A stretch of 64,000 nt of DNA, from positions 3,840,001 to 3,904,000 of the forward strand of contig OZ242374.1 of NCBI GenBank assembly GCA_965209055.1, read 5' to 3'. The notes below the pieces were generated by a model, which was not told the origin of the DNA, made no database searches, and saw nothing but the letters and a program-made list of their open reading frames with translations. Each line of letters starts with the position of its first letter. Within the stretch, counting starts at the first letter, position 1. A program made the position numbers and the translations under genes. Origin of the DNA: Acidobacteriota bacterium (lineage in GTDB: Bacteria; Acidobacteriota; UBA6911; RPQK01; JAJDTT01). Of the stretch, positions 1 to 8,589 are shown piece by piece.

Positions 1-198
1 ATAGCCCGCCGATTCGCCGCCTGAAACCCACTCAGGCGCAGTCTTCGAGAATTCCCGAAAAAACAAGCCCGCCATTTCGCCTGTGTTGGCTTGGTGAGAC
101 CGGGCCAAGGGTTCGGGATAGGCCGTTGGACGTTATCCTCTCCCATGCGGGGCATTCTCTCACGACAGACTGGAATTCTCCTTTCCCCATCTTCGCAG

Positions 199-331
199 AG
201 GCCTTCCCGCAGGGATCAATGAAGAAGTGAGCGACCCCCCCGCGCATGCCGCGCCGGTGTCCAACGGAGTGGAACACTGGCAGCGCTTGCGTGACGTGCG
301 AGGCACGAAAACAGGGGGGTCGCTCACTTCT
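199..331 (-). repeat. Nested-hairpin element, copy A (inverted relative to copies B and C)
   Basis: Perfect 18-bp inverted repeat AGAAGTGAGCGACCCCCC (223-240) / GGGGGGTCGCTCACTTCT (314-331). On the minus strand it is followed by ATCCCTGCGGGAAGGCCT, as in copy B. Confidence 0.8.
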
Positions 332-623
332 CCTACCCGGACTCCCCGTCCGGGCGCGCCTTCTCCCGAAAGGCGGGGACAAACCGAAGGGGCTCAACAG
401 AATGGCGGAAAGGGAGCGTGTAACACTCGCTGCTCCGAGAGTGGAACACACCCCCCCATGTGTGTTTCACATCCTGGGACTTCGCCGGACAGGACCGACG
501 GAGGTGGAACACGGCCCGGGAGCGGTCCGCCACATTGCCGTCAATGGGGCTTTCCGTACTCTTCGCAGCCCGTGGATCCACGACGTCCACAGGGTCCACC
601 CGGGACCGGGCGTGCGCGGCCCC

Positions 624-1088
624 TCAGGCGCTCCACAAACTTAACCCCGGTTCCGCTGGAATCCGGACCGAGAGCCAGGTCCGGCCCCAGTCGATGCGGA
701 TGCGGTTTTGCGGGATGGGGGCGGTGGCCCGCTCCGGCCGGAGGTCGTCGCGGGCCACCGCGACGACGTGGAACGGTCCTTTCCGTGCGCGCAACGCGGC
801 CCAGAGCCGGGCGTGCTCCGCCCCCCACGAGGGCAACTCCGAGTCGGTGTCTCGGCCGGGATCGACATAGACGAAGGTCGCCCGGTCCTCCTCCAGGGCC
901 AGGGGGACCTTGCGGGGGAAGTACCGGCCCCGTCCCTGGGCGTGGCCGGCATAGTGGCGGCGGATCCGCCGCCGGGAAAGGCCGAGCGCCTCCAGCGCCT
1001 GCGACAGCTGCGTCACCTGCGGATCGACAGGGTTCATGGAGAGGTGAAAGGGCTTCCCGGTGTCGATCTGGAGGTGTAAGGGAGACAA
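624..1088 (-). pseudogene. Fragment of a hypothetical mobile-element protein, paralogous to the fragment at ~4060-4370
   Basis: RYFPRKVPLALEEDRATFVYVDPGRDTD aligns with RYLAFKLPIAFEAARTVFVRVDPGHSTD at ~4150-4240 (+). No convincing N-terminus. Confidence 0.55.
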
Positions 1089-1130
1089 TGGAGGCGAGTT
1101 ACATCGCGGAAGTCTTTCGACTTACACGAG

Positions 1131-1411
1131 CGATTTCCCCGATCTCTTTGACGCTCAAGCAGTTACGGACATATTCTCGGCTCCGCCGCGTCCGCACGGG
1201 GAAAATGGAAGTGGACGGGAGCGACCCCCCCTTTTTGCTGCCCGGTGCGGGCACGGCGGTGTTGCGCAACTTACGTTTGCGCAACACCGACTGGGGGGTC
1301 GCTCCCGTCGCATCTATCCCTGTCGGGAAGGCCTGAACTGACACCTGCGGTGTGGCCGGCTAGAGTCTAATGAGCGCCCGGTACGGCAACTTGGAACGGT
1401 CCCTCCATCAT
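1131..1411 (+). repeat. Nested-hairpin element, copy B (~280-bp diverged direct repeat of 4484-4763)
   Basis: Outer 17-bp IR 1214-1230/1293-1309 and inner 13-bp IR CGGTGTTGCGCAA 1257-1269 / 1277-1289. Colinear similarity with 4484-4763. Confidence 0.85.
1338..1366 (+). promoter_or_regulatory. Putative sigma70 promoter CTGACA-17-TAGAGT for a leaderless short ORF
   Basis: 17-bp spacing with ATG at 1370. The equivalent position in copy C has TTGACA (4691) and ATG at 4723. Confidence 0.45.
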
Positions 1412-1432
1412 GCGGCCAAGGCGTTGCCGTAG
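1370..1432 (+). pseudogene. Truncated 20-aa homolog of the small ORF at 4723-4893
   Basis: MSARYGNLERSLHHAAKALP* vs MSARIGNLERSLYQAAKMLR... Confidence 0.5.
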
Positions 1433-1684
1433 ACGGCCTCTGTAGGCCTGGAACGAACCGAAGAAAGGTTACGTAAACGCTCCCCGAACCAACACCCCAC
1501 CGCAACGATCCGCACCCGACGGCTCTCCGCCAGCCGGTCGATCTCATACGCGCGTCTTTATCATTATGTCAGTCATGGCCTCCAGGTCCGCCGTCGTGGA
1601 GCGAACTGCGGGACAGGGGCTCCAAAGGAGGTTTCATGAGTCCCTTGCTTCGGTCGAGGATCTTTTTGCAATCCCAGGCCAAAC

Positions 1685-2866
1685 TCAAGGCCCACCGTGT
1701 TGGTTGGACCGCCATTGATCGACCATCCAATCCATGACCCTGATGAACTCAGTCAATCGACCACCCCTCACGAGTTCCGAAAGGTTGATGCGAGGCCATC
1801 CTGTCATGCCTGCTCTTTTGAGCGAAAATCCAGGGATTCCAACGAGCTTCTTCCGAAGCGAATCCCTGACTTCCTCCCGGTCAAACGGTGCGCGACGCCG
1901 TAAGGCTGTCATGCAAAGCCACGTCGCCCTTGCGCTGCTTTCCATCTGGAGCAACGCTACCGATCCGGGAAGCCGGATCAGGCACTGTGGTCCGCGAGTC
2001 GTGGTTTCGAACGTGAGATCGAGGCCCATCTTCCTCGACCAAGTAAGGATCTCGCGCACTGCAAGCAATACGTTTCCGTCTCGGTCTTCGTGGGTACGAA
2101 CCGCATCCAGGAAGGTTTCTTCTTCCATGGCAACTCGTGGTGGTCTCGGTTGTGTTATCTGCTTGGTTTGCCTCCTCGCCTCCGTTTGTCCCGTAACTCT
2201 TGGGACCAAGACTCTGACTCCCTCGCCGGTAAACTGGTGAATCTCAACCGCAAGCGCCTCCGTAGGAGTCATCACCTCGTTGAGGAATTCAATGATCCGC
2301 CGCAACTCTGTGGGAATCGTATCCGCTACGAAAAGCAGCCGAATTCTCTTGTCGCGAAGATTGCTCTCTACGGCATCCCAGAAGTGATCCACGTAGGATT
2401 CATCCGCTTCGCTGGCGCGTCCGAGAAAATCCTGAAGTTTCAAACTCGCGTTCTCGCCGTCTCTTCTGCAACCTTCCTCGAATTGCGAACGAACCCACCC
2501 AACAGGCCAGTGCACTGTTGAGTTTGCCGCATAGTCAAGCATCTGGCCGACGACCTCTCGGCGGATCCTGCTGTCCGAACTCCGCTTAACCTCGACGAAC
2601 GTGGGGATGCCATCCTGATCGAGAAACAGGTGGTCGAGCGACCATCGGCCGGCACCCGTGTCGTCGTGGACGGTCATTTCGCGCGCGACTAGCAGAAACC
2701 TGCGGGGAAAATCGGGATTGATCTGTTCGCCGCCGAGGAGATCCGGATGCTTAGTCACGATTGTCTGTAGCAAGTCCTCGGAGTCGTACTCTGTCTCGTC
2801 CAATGGCGCAAGTTCCTTGTTCGGGTGCAGCAAAAAAATCCGGCCACTTTGCGTCATGGGAGTCAA
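1685..2866 (-). CDS. PD-(D/E)XK endonuclease, NucS/DUF91-like N-terminal domain
   Basis: E..LQ..(x)..DHLFLDQDGIPTFVEVKR..RREVVGQMLDYA pattern typical of NucS-like nucleases; 393 aa. Confidence 0.75.
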   Translation of the reverse strand: MTPMTQSGRIFLLHPNKELAPLDETEYDSEDLLQTIVTKHPDLLGGEQINPDFPRRFLLVAREMTVHDDTGAGRWSLDHLFLDQDGIPTFVEVKRSSDSRIRREVVGQMLDYAANSTVHWPVGWVRSQFEEGCRRDGENASLKLQDFLGRASEADESYVDHFWDAVESNLRDKRIRLLFVADTIPTELRRIIEFLNEVMTPTEALAVEIHQFTGEGVRVLVPRVTGQTEARRQTKQITQPRPPRVAMEEETFLDAVRTHEDRDGNVLLAVREILTWSRKMGLDLTFETTTRGPQCLIRLPGSVALLQMESSARATWLCMTALRRRAPFDREEVRDSLRKKLVGIPGFSLKRAGMTGWPRINLSELVRGGRLTEFIRVMDWMVDQWRSNQHGGP

Positions 2867-3464
2867 TTCGTCCGCTGCCCGTCAAACTCTTCGGATCAAG
2901 CTCTGCGAGCAAGAGTCAGCTTGCCATGGTTTCGGCATTCTATCGGACCCAGAAGTGACAGGAAGCGCCGATCCCGGAGCGTCGCCCGCTTTTTCCCGGC
3001 GCCACCACCCGAAGCAGGTCCGCTCAAAGCACATGGCCTTTCCCTGCGGGGACGAGAAAGGGGCGGGGCTGTCCAACAACGCTTGTGAGGAAACGGACCA
3101 GCGCCACCCGAGAAAACGAATTCTCACGATACCGGAGAGGTTTTGACCGGACAAGAAGAAGAGACACACCAACTGAAAACCCCTGGCAAGAGAACGCCGA
3201 GTCTCCCAGGTCGAGCGGTATCCCCCGTGGAATATCAGAGATTTCCCACCGGGTGAGCCCTTTTGCTGACCCCACAATCAGCACCCCCCACGGAAGAAAG
3301 CCGGGCATTTGGCTGGAAGCACGACGAGACCGCACGGGTGTCCCATTCTGATGGGACGCGCGACGAACAGGAGCGCCCGGTTCACTGGCGGCAAGGAGAG
3401 CCGCCAGGGGTTCTGGCGCCACTTGGGGAGTCTGGGGGGATAGGTCCCCCCAGTCCGTCATCCG

Positions 3465-3653
3465 TTACGGCTTGCCGTAATTGTGGCCCAAGACGACGTC
3501 GGCCCGCCGTTCGAGGACCTCGACCACGGTCGCGGTCCAAGCCTCTCGGCCCCGCGTTGTGATCTGGACGGAGCAGCCGACTGGGCTTTCGGGGAGATTG
3601 CCGGTGTCTCCACGCGGCGACCCGGGGCTGCTGACGTGTCCGTTCACGGCCAC
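3465..3653 (-). pseudogene. Fragment paralogous to 6475-6735
   Basis: DTGNLPESPVGCSVQITTRGREAWTATVVEVLERRADVVLGHNYGKP aligns without gaps to DAGKLPERLAGCSIEITPRRGDSGTATVTKVIERRGDFILVRDSGKG. Confidence 0.55.
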
Positions 3654-3815
3654 GAAGGGCCAGAGACATCCGTTTCACCCCAAACTGGCGCCAGAAGTCG
3701 CCGCCGCGCCCTTTCCCTCTTCCGTTGCTTGGCTCAGAGACATTTTCCTTTAATCCCTTCCCCATCCCCCCGTTCGGTCTCCGCCCCCCTCCGGGTTGGC
3801 CGGTGCCATCGAGGG

Positions 3816-3983
3816 TCATTCAGGGCCGTTGGGATAGGCTTTGAAGACGCCGGCCAGCAGGATCGAGAACACGACAACGACGAACGTCACGACGACGAGC
3901 GCCACCAGGCCGACCCACTTGAGGATGTGCCAGACGACGGACCAAACCGTTCGCCAAGGCGCCCTCACGGTTTCGCCTTGCAT
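3816..3983 (-). CDS. Small single-pass membrane protein (55 aa; below the ORF-track cutoff)
   Basis: GGAGGTGA Shine-Dalgarno-like sequence, unusually close (1 nt) to the ATG. Translation MQGETVRAPWRTVWSVVWHILKWVGLVALVVVTFVVVVFSILLAGVFKAYPNGPE. The stop overlaps the next ATG (ATGA). Confidence 0.55.
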   Translation of the reverse strand: MQGETVRAPWRTVWSVVWHILKWVGLVALVVVTFVVVVFSILLAGVFKAYPNGPE

Positions 3984-4059
3984 ATCACCTCCAAGTCTAC
4001 GACGGCATTATGCCACTTCGAATGGGCTTTGCCGACCGATTGTCACCACGGGAGGACTC

Positions 4060-4370
4060 TGCCTGAGGCCGAAGGTGTCCGGATTCGAGCGGCGGGGCAT
4101 TCCCAAGAATCCTCATCCCCGACAAGTGTACTGCGGCGCGGTGGGGAGGACCCGGCGCTACTTGGCATTCAAACTGCCGATTGCCTTCGAGGCGGCCCGG
4201 ACCGTCTTCGTCCGTGTCGATCCCGGGCACTCGACAGACCAGGTCCTGCTCAACTTCTACGGTGGGGTGACGGCCGCCCTGAAGCGGGTCGTCGAGCTGC
4301 AACCAGCGGCGGAAGGTCGCTCCTTCCAGGTCGTGATCGGCGGTGAACGCACTTGGCATTCGCAAATGCT
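4060..4370 (+). pseudogene. Fragment of the same hypothetical protein family as 624-1088
   Basis: Segment of the 3841..4893 frame (KVSGFERRGIP..RQVYCGAVGRTRRYLAFKLPIA..TVFVRVDPGHSTD). Boundaries approximate. Confidence 0.5.
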
Positions 4371-4483
4371 GCGGGAGGCTCGTTTCGGCAGTGCGAAAAG
4401 GGGGTCACGTGGCCGATCCGGGAGTGTGAATGGGACATGCGCGGTGGATTCACAAAAAGCAGTCCCGAAGACTCACAAAGACG

Positions 4484-4763
4484 CTTTCCCCGATCTCCTT
4501 GCCTTTCATTCAGTAACGGCCACATTCCCGGCTTCGCCGTGCCCGATCCGGGAGATCGGAGGTAAACGGGAGCGCCCCCCCCCCTTTTTCCTGCCCGGTG
4601 CGGGTGCGGGGGTGCTGCGCAATTTACATCTGCGCCACACCCCCTGGGGGGGTCGCTCCCGTTTAAAATATCCTGACGGGAAGGTCAGAATTGACACCCG
4701 TGGCGTGGCGGAACAGAGCCTGATGAGCGCGCGGATCGGTAACTTGGAACGGTCCCTCTATCA
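4484..4763 (+). repeat. Nested-hairpin element, copy C
   Basis: TAAACGGGAGCG-CCCCCC (4563-4580) pairs with GGGGGGTCGCTCCCGTTTA (ending 4665). Inner GGGGTG..TGCGCA/TGCGC..CACCCC stem. Confidence 0.85.
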
Positions 4764-4893
4764 GGCAGCCAAGATGCTTCGGAGTCGGCGAACCTATTAC
4801 TGTCCACACTGTGGCTATCAGGGCCGCCGCAGTCCCTGTCCTCGCTTCGGCGACAAGTGCGAACCCATCCCAGTCAGGAGAAAGAAACGCTGA
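4723..4893 (+). CDS. Small basic Cys-containing (zinc-ribbon-like) protein, 56 aa
   Basis: YYCPHCG..CPRFG..C with basic tail RRKKR. TTGACA at 4691. N-terminus conserved in copy B. Confidence 0.5.
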   Translation: MSARIGNLERSLYQAAKMLRSRRTYYCPHCGYQGRRSPCPRFGDKCEPIPVRRKKR

Positions 4894-4935
4894 GCTTCGA
4901 GCGAACGTGCGCCGCCGGCCGCGATCTGCTGGGCA

Positions 4936-5334
4936 ATGCGCATTCCCCAGCACTATGGGCACTGCGAGAAGGTCACCGAGACCCTGTTGCACTGGATGGA
5001 GTCCCGGCCCTGTGTCCGGTGCGGCCGGGACATTCGCATGGTCGAGCCGCTGTGTGAGCGTCGTAGTCGGTGTCAGATGGTGGTCGCGCACTATCGGGAA
5101 CGGGCCGACCGGCGAGACGACGGCGGGCTGGGTCAGCCGGCCAGCGAGAAACAGGGAATCAGCTATCTCACCATCCCGGGACCGGAAGCGGAGGACCGTC
5201 TTGGACATGGCAGCGATCCGGTGGCGACACTTAGGGGAGCGTTCTGGCGGCAAGTCGATTTTGCATTCTTCGGGCGTGATACGCCTCCGGCGCTAAGGGC
5301 GACCGGGAAGTACCAGAGGCAAGGTAGGCTGTGA
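4936..5334 (+). CDS. Hypothetical protein
   Basis: 132-aa ORF with CxxC, co-oriented with its neighbours; no recognisable family. Confidence 0.3.
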   Translation: MRIPQHYGHCEKVTETLLHWMESRPCVRCGRDIRMVEPLCERRSRCQMVVAHYRERADRRDDGGLGQPASEKQGISYLTIPGPEAEDRLGHGSDPVATLRGAFWRQVDFAFFGRDTPPALRATGKYQRQGRL

Positions 5335-5473
5335 TGATACCTGCGAATCATGTAGCCATGCTGTTTCCCAAAGGAGCCCGCTACCGACCCCCTGATCCGC
5401 TTCCTGATTGGGGTCCCTGCAGGCGATTGGCCGATCGTTTCCCAAGCTCCCGTGAACACAGTAGTCGTCTCTA

Positions 5474-5512
5474 TTGACACCAAATATATATCCATTATAA
5501 TCGATATAATGG
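5474..5512 (+). promoter_or_regulatory. Consensus sigma70 promoter with overlapping operator palindrome
   Basis: TTGACA (5474-5479)-16 bp-TATAAT (5496-5501). IR CCATTATA-N5-TATAATGG (5492-5512). Confidence 0.75.
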
Positions 5513-5539
5513 TTTCATTGGAAATGGGGAGGGACTAGA

Positions 5540-6469
5540 ATGAAGACACTCCGTATGGACAATCCAACTTACGAGAGGCTGGCAAGTCATGCTCGACCAT
5601 TCGAAACTGAGAGTCAGGTCATCAACCGCGCTCTGGATGAACTCGATCAAAAGGCGAATACTTCTTCCTGGGCCAATGGTCCTGGGATGCATTCGGAAAG
5701 GCGGATCGATCCGCTACGCCTCCCTGACATGATGTTCACAAAGGTGTTAGATGCAAGCATTCATGGAAGGGTGGTCATACGGCCGAACTGGAACCGTCTG
5801 CTGCTGAGAATGGTTAGGTTGGCAAATGAGCACGCTACTAATTTCGATGAGCTCGTCCGCCTCTTTCCGATGACCAATATCGTCTCCGGGCGGAAGGTCA
5901 ACCAAGGTTTCCGCTACCTGTCCGACATCAACGTTTCAGTGCAAGGGCAACCTGCCAACTCAGCCGGTCCATCAATCGTGATGACTGCACAGAAACTCGA
6001 TATTGCCTTGAACATCGGTTTCATGTGGCGGGACAAGGAAGAAGCTGCATATCCTGGAGACCGCGGCCGTATCCTGATGACCGGCTCCACAATCTCCAGA
6101 GAGGACAGAATGCAATCGCCGCCGGAGCCGGTGAAGGAGCCCTCGCTCCTAATCCTAAGGGGAAAGCGCGATGGCATCGCTGTAACTGCACACGGTCGCG
6201 AAAACGAGCGAGGCTTCCTCGTACGGTCTGGTTCGATAGCAGCTAAGACCCAGACTCGATCGATTTCCAAGGGCTACTCTAAGTTGCGAGATGATCTGGT
6301 TCGACAGGGAGTCTTTAAGAGTGAGGGACTCGTGTACCGACTCGACCGAGACTATCTCTTTCGCTCACCCTCCGCCGCATCCAGTGTCCTTTTGGGTAGA
6401 GAAAGTAATGGGCTCACCGAATGGAAGGACCCCACCGGGAGAACACTGAAGGAGATCCAGGAGGACTGA
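5540..6469 (+). CDS. RHH/SeqA-like N-terminal domain fused to a C-terminal DUF4357 domain
   Basis: N-term MKTLRMDNPTYERL..ETESQVINRALD. C-term GFLVRSGS..DYLFRSPSAASSVLLGRESNGLTEWKDPTGRTLKE is typical of DUF4357. GGGGAGG RBS. Confidence 0.7.
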   Translation: MKTLRMDNPTYERLASHARPFETESQVINRALDELDQKANTSSWANGPGMHSERRIDPLRLPDMMFTKVLDASIHGRVVIRPNWNRLLLRMVRLANEHATNFDELVRLFPMTNIVSGRKVNQGFRYLSDINVSVQGQPANSAGPSIVMTAQKLDIALNIGFMWRDKEEAAYPGDRGRILMTGSTISREDRMQSPPEPVKEPSLLILRGKRDGIAVTAHGRENERGFLVRSGSIAAKTQTRSISKGYSKLRDDLVRQGVFKSEGLVYRLDRDYLFRSPSAASSVLLGRESNGLTEWKDPTGRTLKEIQED

Positions 6470-6474
6470 CTCAG

Positions 6475-6735
6475 ATGACCGTGGGCGCCCTCCCGACTCA
6501 ACCGCCGCCGGTTGAGCCGCCTGCGCCTGCGAATCGGAGTTGGAGTCATTACAAGCTCGAAGATGGCTCCTGGGATCCGTCCTACCTGAGCGACGCCGGC
6601 AAGCTCCCCGAGCGCTTGGCCGGATGCTCCATCGAGATCACACCCCGGCGGGGAGACTCAGGTACCGCCACCGTGACCAAGGTCATTGAGCGCCGGGGGG
6701 ATTTCATTCTGGTCCGTGACTCGGGCAAGGGTTAA
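6475..6735 (+). CDS. Hypothetical protein, paralogous to 3465-3653
   Basis: GGAGG RBS upstream of ATG 6475; internal paralogy. Confidence 0.5.
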   Translation: MTVGALPTQPPPVEPPAPANRSWSHYKLEDGSWDPSYLSDAGKLPERLAGCSIEITPRRGDSGTATVTKVIERRGDFILVRDSGKG

Positions 6736-6760
6736 ACTGGACTGAATTGGAGGGAAACCC

Positions 6761-6997
6761 ATGGGAGTCATGGTAAGCGAGATTTACGACGCGTTGATCG
6801 ATGCTGGCGCGACTGAAGCTAAGGCACGAGCGGCGGCAGAGGCCATCCCCATCAGTGACCGGTTAGCCACCAAACAGGACATAATCGAACTCAAAACCGA
6901 CATCGCCAGCCTGAAAGCAGATTCCAAGATCCTCAAGTATGTCTTCGCTCCTGCTGTCATCCTCTTGCTCCTCAAAATCGCATTCTTCTCCGGCTGA
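6761..6997 (+). CDS. Small coiled-coil protein with C-terminal TM helix (DUF1640/CCDC90-like)
   Basis: EIYDALIDAGATEAKARAAAEA..LATKQDIIELK motif plus hydrophobic tail; GGAGGG RBS. Confidence 0.7.
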   Translation: MGVMVSEIYDALIDAGATEAKARAAAEAIPISDRLATKQDIIELKTDIASLKADSKILKYVFAPAVILLLLKIAFFSG

Positions 6998-6998
6998 T

Positions 6999-7793
6999 AT
7001 GAAGCCGCCCACCGACGCTCCGGCCAACGTCCACGTGGACCCGGAATTCAAGAGTTGGACGCCGCCTGCAATCTGGTGGGAGCAACCCGAAAGGTTGTCG
7101 TCGTTGATGACCTTCTACCTGTGCCGTCCGGGGGGCATTGCCCGGAGTGAGGCAGTCTCGATAGTCAAGCCGTATATCAAAGAGCGCGGGTATAAAACTC
7201 GTAGCACGGTCGCGGATTGGAAGGCTCATGCAAAGTGGTGGACGGAACCGAAACGCCACCCTGAATTCATCTTCGACGAAAAAGCCTATGCGGCAGGAAC
7301 GCTCGTCTTGATTTCGGATGGTCCACTAGGACGGAAGGAACTCATCGAGCTAATCGAACGCCTACACCGGAACACCCGGAACAGGAGGGGACATTCTGGT
7401 ACTGTTCCGGTCAAGTATGAGCCAAAGGACTACGACATCGGGAATGGGAGCAAATACGTGTATGCCTACTACTATCCCAGATACCGCGAAAAAGGGGAGG
7501 CAGATTTCCTGATCAAGATAGGCCGCGCTAACGATTATCCAGAACGGATCAAAGCCCAAACAACGGAGATACCAGAAGAAGCCGAAGTCTCAGTAGTGTG
7601 GCGAACGGACCAGCCAGAGGCCGCAGAGAAGCTGTTACACGGACTTTTGACATTCCGTGGCAAACACGTGCTCGATGCTCCAGGCAGAGAATGGTTCCGG
7701 ACATCACCCCATGAAATCCGCCAAATTATTGAGTGTATTCAACCGGGTGTGAGCATCCAGAATATCCCGACGGCTGAGGGGATTCAGACCTAG
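6999..7793 (+). CDS. GIY-YIG-superfamily protein with C-terminal T5orf172/MUG113 domain
   Basis: YVYAY..IKIGRA..ERI..PE..AEKLLH..GREWF motif. Start placed at ATG 6999, just after the upstream stop. Confidence 0.75.
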   Translation: MKPPTDAPANVHVDPEFKSWTPPAIWWEQPERLSSLMTFYLCRPGGIARSEAVSIVKPYIKERGYKTRSTVADWKAHAKWWTEPKRHPEFIFDEKAYAAGTLVLISDGPLGRKELIELIERLHRNTRNRRGHSGTVPVKYEPKDYDIGNGSKYVYAYYYPRYREKGEADFLIKIGRANDYPERIKAQTTEIPEEAEVSVVWRTDQPEAAEKLLHGLLTFRGKHVLDAPGREWFRTSPHEIRQIIECIQPGVSIQNIPTAEGIQT

Positions 7794-8416
7794 GACACCA
7801 GTCTTCTCCACTTTGGCCGATTCCCACCTGATTCCAGGCCCCGCAAGCCGCGTTTGTTTTGGCGGCCATGCAAAAGTGCAGTAAGGTGGCCGTCGATAAT
7901 GTCAAGCCTTGTGGCGTGGGCGCGTGGGTATCCAGGACCGAAGGTCCGTTGGTAACCGTTCGGTCAAGCCGTGGGGATCGACTTCCTGAGCCGGGCCTAC
8001 GGCCTGGCGCTCAATGGGGGGCGAGCACCTGACGAAACGGCACTCTTCCACCTCCAACGGGATGGAGGTTCAGAGTGGCCCTTGTGACCAATGATGTCGG
8101 AACGATGCGGTTGGATCGCGTGCCGGCAAGGACTTTGCCGCCGACGGTCACCTGCCGTTATCCTTTCCCAGGGAGGTCTTACCGCCGCGAAGAGTGGTTC
8201 AAGTCCGATAGCAACCCACCGGGAATTGATCACGCGGCGAGGATGACAACCGACCGTTCTTCCACGGCTTGACCTAACGATTACGGTCCGTTTACGGCCA
8301 CGAAAGGCCAATGGCATCCGATTCGATCAGGTGGACAGAATGGGGGGAATAGCGTCGCCGAAATATTCGTAACTCTTTTATGGTAAATGGTTTACGGAGA
8401 TTATGGGATCAGTCCG

Positions 8417-8583
8417 GCGGACTGCGTTGCGATTCGGGCACATACTCCCGGTATGCACCCGAATCGCGCCTTGTCCGGCGGGCGCAGGAACGGTCTCGGT
8501 GCTCGCGGGACTTTCACCACGGACTGTTAAGATCGTCCACCCAGGGTCCGGTGCTCTGTTTGACTTTCACGACGGGCTGCTAG
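8417..8583. repeat. Hairpin plus two tandem IS-end-like motifs (possible MITE remnant)
   Basis: GCGATTCGGG (8429-8438)/CCCGAATCGC (8458-8467) stem. GACTTTCACCACGGACTGTTA (8509-8529) and GACTTTCACGACGGGCTGCTA (8562-8582). Confidence 0.45.
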
Positions 8584-8589
8584 AATGAC

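Noticed and set aside
227-1336. 369-aa ORF and the full 350-aa ORF at 3841..4893
   Set aside because: The first is low-complexity Pro/Gly/Arg-rich, and both read through non-coding hairpin elements. Only sub-segments show paralogy.
1-8400. Intact prophage or ICE
   Set aside because: No integrase, terminase, capsid, Zot-like ATPase or T4SS genes are recognisable in the window
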